Source: an uncultured Lachnospiraceae bacterium (GTDB lineage Bacteria > Bacillota > Clostridia > Oscillospirales > CAG-272). Taken from it: a stretch of 38,154 nt of DNA. Below the pieces are notes generated by a model. That model saw only the letters and a program-made list of their open reading frames with translations. It did not search any database and was not told where the DNA came from. Shown here piece by piece: positions 28,497-38,154 of the stretch. Position 1 is the stretch's first letter. Each line of letters opens with the position of its first letter. The stretch spans positions 1 to 38,154 of the forward strand of contig CAYYND010000004.1 in NCBI GenBank assembly GCA_964472845.1, given 5' to 3'. The position numbers and the translations under genes were made by a program.

Positions 28497-30188
28497 ATGT
28501 CAAAGACTCTGAAAATTTCAATAAAAGCACTTATATGCAGTGCGTTATCGTTTTTACTCTACTATGTTTTTTTGCCTCCCGTTAATCTGCGCACAAGGCA
28601 GTTTTGGCTGTTTCTTATCGCTGTTTTGCTGATATTCGGCATCCCGTTCGGGATCATCGATCTTTCCGCTCTCGATAATCTTGATCCCAAGGTGAGAAAG
28701 AGAAAAGAAAAACGTCTCGGCAAAGAGGCGGTAAAGCCCGTGTTCAAGAAGAACGCCGTTACGGTGATCTATATTTCCGCGGTCGGGATAATGATAGCGG
28801 TAGTACTGCTCGGTACGCTTTTCTCATCGGTCGTATTCAACGCTAAGGCGTATTCCGATATAATCAACGTCGAGGATCGCGAGTTTGCGGATGATATGCC
28901 CACGACGGACGAGGTGAAAAATATAGCACTTATGGATACCGATTCGGCAAAAATGCTCGGAAATCGCAAGCTCGGCGCACTTGCCAATGTCGTTTCGCAG
29001 TTCTGCGTCAATGAGTCATATACGCAGATCAACTTCAATTCAAGCCCCAAAAAGGTAGCACCGCTCGAATACGACGGCTTTTTCAAGTGGCTCAATAACA
29101 GAAAAGACGGTATTCCGGGCTACATAATGGTCGACGCTATCGAAAATTATGCGGAATACTGCGAGACGGACGGCGGAATGGTGTATTCCGAGAGCGCATA
29201 TTTTTCCGAGGATCTGCGCCGCGCACTCAGATTTGCTTATCCCACGAAAATATTTGGTAATATAAGCTTTGAGGTCAACGAGGATGGAGAGCCGTATTAC
29301 GTGGTATCCTGCGAAAATCCCAAGGTAGGACTTTTCGGTGCACAGGATATAGTTGAAGTGATCTTGTTCAATCCCATCGACGGCTCGCACGAGCTTATGG
29401 CGCTTGAGGACGTTCCGAAGTGGATAGATATCGTCTTTGACGGCGATCTCGCTTGCCAAAAGTACGATTGGAAGGGAATATATTCGGGTGGATTTTTTAA
29501 CAGCTTGATAGGGAACAAGGGCTGCAAGCAGACGACGGACGACTTCGGATACATTATGCTCGACGATGACGTATGGTACTTTACGGGCGTAACCTCCGTA
29601 ACGGCATCGGACGCTTCAAATATAGGATTTATTATAAGTAACGCTCGTACGGGCGAATATAAATTTTATTCCGTCATCGGAGCCGAGGAACATTCGGCTA
29701 TGGGAGCTGCCGAGGGAGAGGTGCAGGAAAAGGAGTACGTTGCCTCCTTCCCGTCACTTATAAATGTAGCGGGTCAGCCTTCGTATATTATGGTGCTTAA
29801 GGATGCGCACGGACTCGTTAAGCTTTACGCACTCGTAAACGTTCAGCAATATAATATGGTGGCGACAGGCGAAACGCAGGCTGACGCGATTCGTGCGTAT
29901 ATCAAGACGCTTGCACAGAACGGTATCGACGTTTCGGGCTCATACGACTCTGCAACTTATGAAAAAATAGTAATATCGGATATAAAATATCTTGCGGTAT
30001 CTGGCTCGACCACGGTGTATATCACCGCCGACAACGGAAACGTCTATAAAATGGACTTTAATTCAAAGAACGAGGCGATAATCCTTAAAAAGGTCGGAGA
30101 CGTCGTGTATGTCAATGCAACAGAGACGGATATCGCGGGACTTTACAGCGTGACATCCTTCTCGACCACAAACGCGACAGAAGATTAA
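28497..30188 (+). CDS. conserved membrane-anchored protein (3 TMs plus large extracellular domain), function unknown
   Basis: Long ORF with AAAGGAG RBS and three N-terminal TM helices. Confidence 0.8.
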   Translation: MSKTLKISIKALICSALSFLLYYVFLPPVNLRTRQFWLFLIAVLLIFGIPFGIIDLSALDNLDPKVRKRKEKRLGKEAVKPVFKKNAVTVIYISAVGIMIAVVLLGTLFSSVVFNAKAYSDIINVEDREFADDMPTTDEVKNIALMDTDSAKMLGNRKLGALANVVSQFCVNESYTQINFNSSPKKVAPLEYDGFFKWLNNRKDGIPGYIMVDAIENYAEYCETDGGMVYSESAYFSEDLRRALRFAYPTKIFGNISFEVNEDGEPYYVVSCENPKVGLFGAQDIVEVILFNPIDGSHELMALEDVPKWIDIVFDGDLACQKYDWKGIYSGGFFNSLIGNKGCKQTTDDFGYIMLDDDVWYFTGVTSVTASDASNIGFIISNARTGEYKFYSVIGAEEHSAMGAAEGEVQEKEYVASFPSLINVAGQPSYIMVLKDAHGLVKLYALVNVQQYNMVATGETQADAIRAYIKTLAQNGIDVSGSYDSATYEKIVISDIKYLAVSGSTTVYITADNGNVYKMDFNSKNEAIILKKVGDVVYVNATETDIAGLYSVTSFSTTNATED

Positions 30189-30253
30189 CGCGAGCCACGC
30201 TCGCCTAAAATAAAAAGAGGCAACGAAGCCTCTTGAACATTCAAATATCGGTT

Positions 30254-30291
30254 TGCGCGTCGGCATTATTGCCGACGCGCACTGCTTTTTT
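30254..30291. terminator. terminator between convergent genes
   Basis: TGCGCGTCGGCA-TTAT-TGCCGACGCGCA, perfect 12-bp stem. Confidence 0.75.
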
Positions 30292-30315
30292 GGATCCTTT
30301 TCTGACTTTTTGCCT

Positions 30316-32151
30316 TTATTTTATCTTCATTTTTTCTATCTTCTCACCGTTGGGGGAAACGTAAGCCGTCCAATACGTATGATAGATAACGTACCCCGGT
30401 TTAGCCGCCGGGGGCTTTTTTATATAACGCACTTTGGTATAATCGACCGCTACGTTGTTTGCCCCACTCTCATTATTGGAGTTATACGCCGCGATCTCGG
30501 CTGCCTCGGTAAAATCCGTCATCGGAGGCTCGCCGTCCTCACCGACGATATCCGAGCTTTGTACCAAAAGCACTACGTGCGAGCCCGGAACATCCTTGGC
30601 GTGGAACCAAAAGTCGTTTTTGTCCGCCATTTTGTGTGTGATATATTCATTCTGAACGTTGTTTCTGCCGCAGAGCACGGTGTAGCCGTTCGTCGTGCGA
30701 TACTTTGAGACCGACGGCGCGGACTGCTTATGGGAAACATACGTCTTCATTTTTGAGGCATATCCCGATCGGTAAAGCTCCTCGCGTATCTCGGCAAGGT
30801 CGGTCACGGTCTCGGCGCGGCTGAGTGCATCGAATACGGTGTATATATATTTCAATTCCGCATCGGAAAGCTCCAGCTGCTTTGCCAGCTCGATACGCGC
30901 GACCTTGGATTTGTTATATTTTTTGAACAGCCTTTGCGCGTTTGCAGCAGGCGAGAGACGCTCGTCAAGCTCGACGGTCACGGTCGGATAGCTTTGAGTT
31001 GCCTCGTCGTAGCTTGAGTAATCAACAAGCTCCGCTGTCTTCATTCCGCGCTCAAGGCAGTACATATTGGCAACGATAAGGTCACCCATACGCTTATATT
31101 CCTCGCCTTTTTCGCATTCGTGCAACTCTTTTCTTTGGAGCTCGGTCTTTTTTCTTATCCTTGATTCGGCGTTGGTAAGGAGCTTCAATATGTCCGCCGC
31201 GCGCTGATGTACACGCGCCTCTCTGTCTCTGCCGCCGAAATACGCGTCAAGCATCTTGCTGACCGAGTCAAAGTCCCTTGTGTAAAGTCCGCCGTACTGG
31301 GTAAGAGGCATAAAACAGTATTCGACCGCTTTGCCTGCGGTACGTTCACCGCCTTCGGGAGCACTTTCCAAAGTACTTTCATATACGACTACGGGATAAA
31401 AATCGCGGGTCTCGATCCTTTTTACGAAGCGCGAGAAGCTCTCGTAAAGCCTCTCGGGATCGCAATATTTTAACGGCGTATCGGTGTAACCCGTAGCACC
31501 GAATACTATCTCTCTGGCAACCGCCGCCGAGATCCCTTGATAGGTGTTCATAATAAATTTATCGGCGTGTGCCTCATCGGATGAATTGGAAATGTTCGAG
31601 AAAAATGCTTCCGCTTCAACGCCGAGAGGCGGTATTTTGCCCTGCGTGGGCGGCAGCTCGTATCTCATTCCGGGGAGCACCTGCCTTTGACTGCTTGTCG
31701 TAAAGTCAATTATTCTGAGCGCCGACAGTATCTTTCCGTCAAGCTCGGTCCCGTCAAGAAATATAAGGTTGCTGTACTTGCCCATTATCTCAACGACAAG
31801 GCTCCTCGTACATTCAAAGCCCATCTCATCGCGCCCGACAAATTCAAGCACCGCGACACGTTCAAATCCGATCTGCCTTACGTCGGAAAGCCGCGCGCCG
31901 TTCAGATGCTTGCGCAAAAGCATACAAAACATCGGTGGATTTTGCGGATTTTCCATAGACAGCTCTGTAAAGCACATACGGCTGTTTCCGGAGCCTACGT
32001 TGATAAGTAAGCGTTTGCCGCCTTCAAAGGATCTCATTTGAAGGACGATCTCGTCCTTGCCCGGCTGAAATACCTTCTCTATCCTTGCGCCGAGTGCCGC
32101 GTTTCTTATTTCGTTTATGACAGCACAAAGCATTCCCGCATCGAACGCCAT
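30316..32151 (-). CDS. rqcH: ribosome quality-control protein RqcH (FbpA/NFACT family)
   Basis: MAFDAG, FCMLLRKHL, EIMGKYSN, NAQRLFKKYNK, GRNNVQN, WFHAKDVPGSHV; AAGGAG RBS. Confidence 0.92.
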   Translation of the reverse strand: MAFDAGMLCAVINEIRNAALGARIEKVFQPGKDEIVLQMRSFEGGKRLLINVGSGNSRMCFTELSMENPQNPPMFCMLLRKHLNGARLSDVRQIGFERVAVLEFVGRDEMGFECTRSLVVEIMGKYSNLIFLDGTELDGKILSALRIIDFTTSSQRQVLPGMRYELPPTQGKIPPLGVEAEAFFSNISNSSDEAHADKFIMNTYQGISAAVAREIVFGATGYTDTPLKYCDPERLYESFSRFVKRIETRDFYPVVVYESTLESAPEGGERTAGKAVEYCFMPLTQYGGLYTRDFDSVSKMLDAYFGGRDREARVHQRAADILKLLTNAESRIRKKTELQRKELHECEKGEEYKRMGDLIVANMYCLERGMKTAELVDYSSYDEATQSYPTVTVELDERLSPAANAQRLFKKYNKSKVARIELAKQLELSDAELKYIYTVFDALSRAETVTDLAEIREELYRSGYASKMKTYVSHKQSAPSVSKYRTTNGYTVLCGRNNVQNEYITHKMADKNDFWFHAKDVPGSHVVLLVQSSDIVGEDGEPPMTDFTEAAEIAAYNSNNESGANNVAVDYTKVRYIKKPPAAKPGYVIYHTYWTAYVSPNGEKIEKMKIK

Positions 32152-32359
32152 AGCTTTGATCACTCCTTTCGCAGTAGCGCGGTGGCTGTACGCTGTTTTT
32201 ACAGCGGTCACGCAGACCGCCAAAGCGTCAAAAGCTCTCCGCGTCCGAAAAATCAACTTTTCGGAAACTTAAGATCTTCGAAAAATAAAGTCAAGCTCGG
32301 AGCCGTCAGATAAAGGCGGCCCCAAGCTTTCGGTAATCACATTTGATCGGCAGTTATTA

Positions 32360-33181
32360 TCAGCCAAACATTATCTTGTCGACATTGTCGAGAGAATCAA
32401 AAACAAAGTCGGGCTTCTCCGCAACGCTTGCGAGGTCGACATCCTCGGGGGTCGTTTCTCCGGAAAGCACGAGCACGCTCGTTACACCGTGCTTTTTGCC
32501 GAGTGCTATATCGGTGTAAAGTCTGTCGCCGAAAATGCACATCTCATCGCGTTCAAAGCCGGTCGCCTCGCTTATCATCTCAACGGTCTCGGCATAGGGC
32601 TTTCCAAAATATGTGGGAGTCTTGCCTGTCGATGCGGTAACGAACGCCGCGATAGCTCCGCTGTCGGGAATAAAGCCTGTTTCCGTGGGGCAGTTGAAAT
32701 CGGGATGTGTGGAAAGATATTCTGCGCCGTTTCTGATGAGGCGGCAGGCGTCGTCGAGCTTTTTGTAAGTAAGCGTCGTGTCGAAGCTCGTAACAACGAT
32801 ATCGGCGCTGTCCTCGTCGCCCGTAAGCATATTTATTCCGCTCTCCTTAAAGTTTTCAACAAGCTCATCGGTGCCTACAAGATAAACGCTCTTGCCCGCT
32901 CTGTGACGCTTCAGAAATTCTATCGTAACGTCGCCCGATGTCATGATCTCGTCTCTTGTGGGAGAGAATCCGAGTTTTGTAAGCTTGTTTACATAAAAAT
33001 CCGTCGTGTGGGACGCATTGTTCGTAAAGAAGAGTACCTTCTTGCCGTTTTTGCGGAGATTGTTTATAAATCTTATCGCAAAGTCAAACACATTATATCC
33101 AAGATAGATCGTACCGTCCATATCAAAGATATAGAGCTTTTTGTCATTGAGGATTGAAGTATCGGGGTTTTTGAATTCCAT
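32360..33181 (-). CDS. HAD-IIA (NagD-like) phosphatase
   Basis: FDMDGTIY, TNN, GKP, GDRLYTDI, VLSGET. Confidence 0.92.
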   Translation of the reverse strand: MEFKNPDTSILNDKKLYIFDMDGTIYLGYNVFDFAIRFINNLRKNGKKVLFFTNNASHTTDFYVNKLTKLGFSPTRDEIMTSGDVTIEFLKRHRAGKSVYLVGTDELVENFKESGINMLTGDEDSADIVVTSFDTTLTYKKLDDACRLIRNGAEYLSTHPDFNCPTETGFIPDSGAIAAFVTASTGKTPTYFGKPYAETVEMISEATGFERDEMCIFGDRLYTDIALGKKHGVTSVLVLSGETTPEDVDLASVAEKPDFVFDSLDNVDKIMFG

Positions 33182-33234
33182 TTTCTGTTCCTTCCGCAGT
33201 TTTTGAATATTATATTTTAAATGTTTCTCACTAT

Positions 33235-33277
33235 ATTGTACCATATACTTGATTTTTTTGCAATAGAATGTTATAAT
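33235..33277. promoter_or_regulatory. overlapping divergent promoters for the HAD and PanK genes
   Basis: Minus: TTGCAA-17-TACAAT (33263-33235); plus: TTGATT-17-TATAAT (33249-33277). Confidence 0.6.
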
Positions 33278-33323
33278 AAAATCGGTAATATTTTGATAAT
33301 TGATTTTACGGAGGCTCTGCATT

Positions 33324-34199
33324 ATGTCAATCGGCAAAAACTTACAAGAAGTAACCATAGGAATAGATGTCGGCGGAAGCACTACGAAGATAGTCGGCTT
33401 CAAGAACGATTCGGTTGAACTTATCAAGCCGATGTTCGTCAATGCAAACGACCCCATAACCTCAGCTTACGGGGCTTTCGGAAAGTTTCTCGTGGAGAAT
33501 GATCTGGATATTGAAGATGTAAAAAGAGTAAAAATGACGGGCGTCGGTTCGTCCTTTATCGGCAAGCCGATATACGGCCTCAAATGCCGCAGAGTATCCG
33601 AATTTACAAGCATAGGGCTTGGCGGTCTTTACCTTTCGGGTCTTGATGAGGCTATTGTTGTAAGTATGGGCACGGGAACGGCGCTTATACACGCGAAGGT
33701 GCTTAAAGACGGCGAAAAGTCGATAGAATATCTCGGCGGCACGGGCGTCGGCGGCGGCACTCTTGTCGGTCTTTCAAAAAAGATGCTCGGACTTGACAAT
33801 ATAGATCATATTGTTGATATGTGCGAGGGCGGAGATCTTTCAAATATCGACCTGCGCATAGGAGATTTTTCAAAGGCGGGTACCTTCCCCGAGGTCAACG
33901 AGAATCTTACCGCAGCCAATTTCGGCAGACTCAGCGATCTTGCGGGGCGCAACGATATCGCGCTCGGCATAGTTAATATGGTAGCCGAGACCGTCGGTAT
34001 GATGGCGGTGTTTGCTGCTAAGAGCTTTGGTCTGCGCGACATAGTAATGACAGGCAACCTTGCCGAGCTCGCACCCATACAACATTCACTCGAAGGATTT
34101 AAACGCAGCTTCGGATATAATATGATCATTCCAGAGAACGCACGTTACAGCACCGTAATAGGCGCGGCACTTTGCAGTGAATATGATGAGATAAAATAA
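33324..34199 (+). CDS. coaW: type II pantothenate kinase (CoaW-like)
   Basis: GIDVGGSTTK, TGVG, VSEF, SMGTGT, GGTGVGGGTL, AANFG. Confidence 0.85.
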   Translation: MSIGKNLQEVTIGIDVGGSTTKIVGFKNDSVELIKPMFVNANDPITSAYGAFGKFLVENDLDIEDVKRVKMTGVGSSFIGKPIYGLKCRRVSEFTSIGLGGLYLSGLDEAIVVSMGTGTALIHAKVLKDGEKSIEYLGGTGVGGGTLVGLSKKMLGLDNIDHIVDMCEGGDLSNIDLRIGDFSKAGTFPEVNENLTAANFGRLSDLAGRNDIALGIVNMVAETVGMMAVFAAKSFGLRDIVMTGNLAELAPIQHSLEGFKRSFGYNMIIPENARYSTVIGAALCSEYDEIK

Positions 34200-34305
34200 A
34201 GGACGAATGATATCATTCGTAAGAGCAAAAAAAGAGAGCACCGTGCAGTTTTACTTCCGCGATACTCTCTTTTTTGTCGTTTGTCTTATGTTTTGTCGTC
34301 AAATT

Positions 34306-34911
34306 TTATTTCTCGGGATCGAGATATTTCCAATATTTTGCTATGTAATCGACGCCCGATATTACGGTAAACAGTATTGCGAGCAATGTGCTTACCCACG
34401 TCAGGGGCAGATATTTGAACACTTCGATGTCCGAGATACCAAGCAGATGATAGAGCACGGGCTCGAGCAGAGCACAAGCTATCGAAACTATCTGTACGAC
34501 CGTTTTTATCTTGCCTATTTTGCTCGCAGCAATAACGGTGTTGTTGTTCGCCATGATCAGACGCATTGAAGTGACGGCGAATTCTCTGAAGATGACCACG
34601 AATGTCGCGATAAAGAAGAGATATCTGAGCTCCTCGCATCGCATTATGATACACAGCATAACGCCCGTGACCATAATTTTGTCCGCAATAGGGTCGAGAA
34701 ACTTTCCAAAGTCCGTAACAAGGTTGTATTTCCGTGCGATCCTGCCGTCAAGCATATCCGTAAACGCCGTGATGATGAACACTATGCCCGCGATCCCCCT
34801 CGTTACGATGAAGGGAAGCACGCTTTCGGGGAGCATAAGTATTACCATATTTATCGGAACGGCAAGGATCCGCGCAAACGTGATTTTATTCGGAGTATTC
34901 CATTTCTTCAT
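34306..34911 (-). CDS. pgsA: CDP-diacylglycerol--glycerol-3-phosphate 3-phosphatidyltransferase
   Basis: PNKIT, DMLDGRIAR...FGKFLDPIADK, GKIKT. Confidence 0.93.
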   Translation of the reverse strand: MKKWNTPNKITFARILAVPINMVILMLPESVLPFIVTRGIAGIVFIITAFTDMLDGRIARKYNLVTDFGKFLDPIADKIMVTGVMLCIIMRCEELRYLFFIATFVVIFREFAVTSMRLIMANNNTVIAASKIGKIKTVVQIVSIACALLEPVLYHLLGISDIEVFKYLPLTWVSTLLAILFTVISGVDYIAKYWKYLDPEK

Positions 34912-34993
34912 ATCGTTGTGTCTCCTTGGTCAGCTGTCTTTTTCTGTATTGTACCTTTTAAAGTTTAAGCGAACATTAAATTTGCGCTTTGTG

Positions 34994-36358
34994 TCAAAGT
35001 ATCGCCGTGCCGACGAGATCGTAGTCCACTACCTCGTCGATCCTTACGTCTACGAATGTTCCGGGAGCTATTCTGTGCTTTGAAATAAAGTATACCTTTC
35101 CGTCAATGTCGGGAGCATCCTCGACGCTTCTTCCGTAGTGGGCTTCGCTGACGGGATCGAAGTCTTCACAAAGTACTCTCACGGTCTTTCCAACCTTTTC
35201 GCCGATCCGCGCGGCGTTGAGCTCGAGCTGCATCGCCATAAGATTGTCCATACGCGCCTGTTTGATATCCTCGTCTATTTGATCGGGCATATCATACGCC
35301 GGCGTGCCCTCTTCGCGTGAATACGTGAATACGCCTGCGTGTTCAAACTTTGTTTCCTTCATAAATTCCGCAAGCTCGCAGAAATCCTCGTCGGTCTCGC
35401 CGGGGAAGCCCACGATAAAGGTCGTGCGGATAACTATGTCGGGGATCTCGCGGCGGAGCTTGGCAATAACATCCTTTATCATTTTGCTGTCACCGTGACG
35501 GTTCATCCTCTTGAGCACCTTGTCGGAGATGTGCTGAAGCGGTATATCGATGTATTTCAGGATCCTGTCGTTGTCCCGTATCTCTGCTACAAGCTCGTCG
35601 GTTATCTTGTCGGGGTAGCAGTAGAGTAATCTTATCCACGGGATGGCGGTTTCTTCGGTCAAACGCCTGAGCAACTTTGCGAGTGAGTATTCGCCGTAAA
35701 GATCAAGTCCGTAGCGAGTGATATCCTGAGCAATGATGCAGAGCTCTTTGACTCCGATCGCTTCAAGATCCTTTGCCTCTTTGATAAGATCCTCCATCGG
35801 GCGCGAGCGGAATTTTCCGCGTATGGAGGGGATCGCGCAGTAAGTACAGCGGTTGTCGCAGCCCTCTGCGATCTTAAGATATGCAAAATAGTCGGGAGTC
35901 GTAAGCACACGATCTCCGCCGAGCTTTACCTCGTCTTTGGGCAGATATGATGAGTATCTGTTGATGCTGCTGTCGTTGTGCTCGTTCTTGTTGCCATCTG
36001 CACAGCCATCGCCGACCGCTTTTATAGCTTCAACTATGTTGTGTATGCTTCCCACGCCGAGCACGGCGTCTACCTCGGGGAGCTCCTCAAATATGGAATC
36101 TCGGTATCGCTCGGCAAGACAGCCCGTAACGATTATGGCTTTCAAAGAGCGGTTTTTCTTGAGCCAAGCTATGTCGAGAATATTATCTATCGATTCGCGC
36201 TTCGCACTTTCGATAAAGGCGCAGGTGTTGATGATTATAACGTCCGCCTCGATCTCGTCGGGCGTGATCTCATAGCCCGCCGCTACGATCTCGTGAAGCA
36301 TAACTTCCGTATCAAGCTGATTTTTGGGGCATCCGAGCGAAACAAATCCTATTTTCAT
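34994..36358 (-). CDS. rimO: ribosomal protein S12 methylthiotransferase RimO
   Basis: SLGCPKNQLD, NTCAFI, CDNRCTYC radical-SAM motif, APDIDG TRAM domain; GGAGG RBS. Confidence 0.95.
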   Translation of the reverse strand: MKIGFVSLGCPKNQLDTEVMLHEIVAAGYEITPDEIEADVIIINTCAFIESAKRESIDNILDIAWLKKNRSLKAIIVTGCLAERYRDSIFEELPEVDAVLGVGSIHNIVEAIKAVGDGCADGNKNEHNDSSINRYSSYLPKDEVKLGGDRVLTTPDYFAYLKIAEGCDNRCTYCAIPSIRGKFRSRPMEDLIKEAKDLEAIGVKELCIIAQDITRYGLDLYGEYSLAKLLRRLTEETAIPWIRLLYCYPDKITDELVAEIRDNDRILKYIDIPLQHISDKVLKRMNRHGDSKMIKDVIAKLRREIPDIVIRTTFIVGFPGETDEDFCELAEFMKETKFEHAGVFTYSREEGTPAYDMPDQIDEDIKQARMDNLMAMQLELNAARIGEKVGKTVRVLCEDFDPVSEAHYGRSVEDAPDIDGKVYFISKHRIAPGTFVDVRIDEVVDYDLVGTAIL

Positions 36359-36417
36359 AATAAATATGTATAACCTCCGAAGCTTTCAGATGTAAGATCT
36401 CTAAAATTTCAAGATAT

Positions 36418-36446
36418 ATTTTAGCATATATACCCGCATTTGTCAA
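36418..36446 (-). promoter_or_regulatory. rimO-pgsA promoter
   Basis: TTGACA-17-TAAAAT with extended -10 TG. Confidence 0.7.
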
Positions 36447-36528
36447 GAGCATTGAAGGGCAGCAATGAGGCGACGGTCTTGGAGCGGATCCGTTTGTGCA
36501 AAAAAATATATTCGTTGCTTGAAAATGC

Positions 36529-36557
36529 TTGACAAACACAGATTTTTGTGTTATAAT
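36529..36557 (+). promoter_or_regulatory. tRNA-Gln promoter
   Basis: TTGACA-17-TATAAT with extended -10 TG. Confidence 0.85.
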
Positions 36558-36567
36558 TCTTTGGTAA

Positions 36568-36643
36568 TGGGATATAGCCAAGTGGTAAGGCATCAGACTT
36601 TGACTCTGACATTCCGCTGGTTCGAGTCCAGCTATCCCAGCCA
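36568..36643 (+). tRNA. tRNA-Gln(TTG)
   Basis: TGGGATATAGCCAAGTGGTAAGGC-A-TCAGA-CTTTGAC-TCTGA...GCTGGTTCGAGTCCAGC-TATCCCA-GCCA. Confidence 0.97.
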
Positions 36644-36683
36644 TGATGAGTGTCTGATTTAGATGCAGGCACGAAAAAACGAG

Positions 36684-36719
36684 AAAAGCGGAGATTTCGA
36701 GAGATTTCTCCGCTTTTTT
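36684..36719 (+). terminator. tRNA-Gln terminator
   Basis: AAAAGCGGAGA...TCTCCGCTTTTTT. Confidence 0.75.
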
Positions 36720-36775
36720 CGACTCTGAAGTTTTTCGAAATTTTGTAGATGCATTTCGGGCATTTTCGGTCTGTA

Positions 36776-37096
36776 GACAGATTCGAACCAGCGAAATGCA
36801 TTTTTTGATATAGATTCCCCACAGAAGCAAAATTGTGGACAGATTCGAACCGCCACACACTTTCCGAAGCGTTTCGAAAATCCTTCCCGTTCAAAATTTA
36901 TTTACAAAGCCATAGATGCAACGGCATTTTGGATAGATTTGAACTACCACACTACTCCGCTTGTCGAAACCAAGGTGAATCCGAAATAGATGCTTTTTCT
37001 GTTCGGATAGATTCGAACTACCACATCGATTCAAAAGCAATGCAAAACGTAAATACAAAATAGCTCCATCGTGTCAATGGACAGATCCGAACTATC
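36776..37096 (-). repeat. array of five degenerate 17-bp repeats (consensus GAYAG-ATTCGAA-CTACC) forming T-arm-like hairpins on the minus strand
   Basis: Copies start at 36776, 36838, 36932, 37006 and 37080. Confidence 0.7.
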
Positions 37097-37124
37097 GAAA
37101 ACCAAATACTGACCTGCTGAAGAC

Positions 37125-37155
37125 AAAGAAAAAGCCACGGCAACACAACCGTGGC
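37125..37155 (-). terminator. terminator of the hydrolase gene
   Basis: GCCACGG/CCGTGGC stem with a U-tract on the minus strand. Confidence 0.7.
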
Positions 37156-37197
37156 AAATTCTACTTGATTTTAACTCCCCGACAAATTGGAATTTGA

Positions 37198-37995
37198 TTA
37201 TTTCATCAGAAATTCATACACTCTTTTATTGAAATCCTTAGCTTCTTCATACGCTGCATGTCCGTATTTGGGATACATATGTATTTCGCAGTTTAGTTTT
37301 TCTGCTATTTCAATGGATGCCTCGCCTGTGGTAATCTTATCCTGTTCACCACCTAAAACGAGTACGGGACATTTTATTTCATTTAATCTGTCATAGCAAT
37401 CAAAATCCAGTATAGCCGATGCAAGCAAACCGAATCTTCTAAAATCCTTCGGCTTGATTGTTCTAACCAGTAAGGGCAAAAGTATCTTGTACTTTTTCAA
37501 ATATCTATCTGTGTACATAAGAGAAAATGTGTCTTTATTGATTGTAACATGATCGTTGTTTTTGACACAGGCTATCCATCGGCTTACTACTTTTTGAATA
37601 TTTGGGTTTGCTCGTGATGAAGTAACTCCAAGAACCAATTTTCCAACACGGTCAGGATGCTCAAGTGTCAATGCCAATGCGATCATTCCACCTTGTGATA
37701 CTCCGAGCAGATCTGCCGATTCAATATTCAGTTCCTTCATAGCAAAGTAAATATCCTCTGCTAAATCCCAGTTTGTGAGTCCATCCTTTACAAACATTCT
37801 TCTATCAAAAAACCATACTCTGTAATTCTTTGAAAATATCTTATACATAAGCGCAAGTGAAGCACCTGCACCTTTAATATCCCTTACATTCAATTCTTGA
37901 ATTATGATTAAATTTTTCTGACCTTTCCCGAAAGAAAGATAATTCAAAGCTCCGCTCGGTATATTTACTTCACCTTCGACCAATCCCCAAAACAT
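37198..37995 (-). CDS. alpha/beta-fold hydrolase (AT-rich, likely accessory)
   Basis: GVSQGG nucleophile elbow, GGEQD, GHAAYEE. Confidence 0.88.
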   Translation of the reverse strand: MFWGLVEGEVNIPSGALNYLSFGKGQKNLIIIQELNVRDIKGAGASLALMYKIFSKNYRVWFFDRRMFVKDGLTNWDLAEDIYFAMKELNIESADLLGVSQGGMIALALTLEHPDRVGKLVLGVTSSRANPNIQKVVSRWIACVKNNDHVTINKDTFSLMYTDRYLKKYKILLPLLVRTIKPKDFRRFGLLASAILDFDCYDRLNEIKCPVLVLGGEQDKITTGEASIEIAEKLNCEIHMYPKYGHAAYEEAKDFNKRVYEFLMK

Positions 37996-38103
37996 CTCTT
38001 TCCCCTTTTATAAATTCTTATTTATCGATGAGATAATTATATCACAAAACCGAGATCAAGTAAACCCGTATCCTGTAAACAATCGAAAATATTCTTTCTA
38101 CAT

Positions 38104-38140
38104 AGCCAAATGCTTATCAGCCAAGCGTTTGGCTTTTTTT
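38104..38140 (+). terminator. terminator-like hairpin
   Basis: AGCCAAATGCTT/AAGCGTTTGGCT followed by a T run. Confidence 0.6.
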
Positions 38141-38154
38141 ATTGCAGAAAGGAT

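Noticed and set aside
33182-33457. Overlapping N-terminal extensions of the HAD and PanK ORFs
   Set aside because: RBS-supported starts at 33181 and 33324 and divergent promoters between them remove the overlap
36312-37063. ORFs spanning tRNA-Gln and the repeat array (repeated GSNLST/WFESV peptides)
   Set aside because: They overlap the tRNA and promoters or lack an RBS; repeat spacings are not multiples of 3, so the repeats are at the nucleotide level
36776-37096. CRISPR array or tRNA gene cluster
   Set aside because: Repeats are short and degenerate with irregular spacing, no cas genes are present, and I found no D, anticodon or acceptor arms

Overview
Chromosomal segment most consistent with an uncultured Clostridia-like Firmicute (inferred from AGGAGG RBSs, sigma-A promoters, a THF riboswitch with folT, rqcH and type II PanK). 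The core holds housekeeping genes (plsY, ilvE, U32/RlhA-like, pyridoxal kinase, ClC, folT-folC, rqcH, HAD-IIA, PanK-II, pgsA, rimO) and several surface proteins. It lies between two outward-facing tRNA genes, tRNA-Pro(TGG) and tRNA-Gln(TTG), each followed by accessory DNA. Best candidate system: at the left end a tyrosine recombinase sits beside three dif-like CATAA-N6-TTATG sites (two tandem direct, one inverted). They enclose a near-consensus promoter, and a strand-specific terminator lies just outside the inverted site. This looks like a multi-site invertible-promoter switch whose target is left of the window, and a degenerate fourth site may lie in the tRNA-Pro terminator. Other signals: five T-arm-like hairpin repeats after tRNA-Gln, a ~530 bp non-coding element with covarying inverted ends between plsY and ilvE, and an A7-frameshifted small gene heading an ABC-exporter operon. 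All calls come from reading the sequence by eye; no searches were run.
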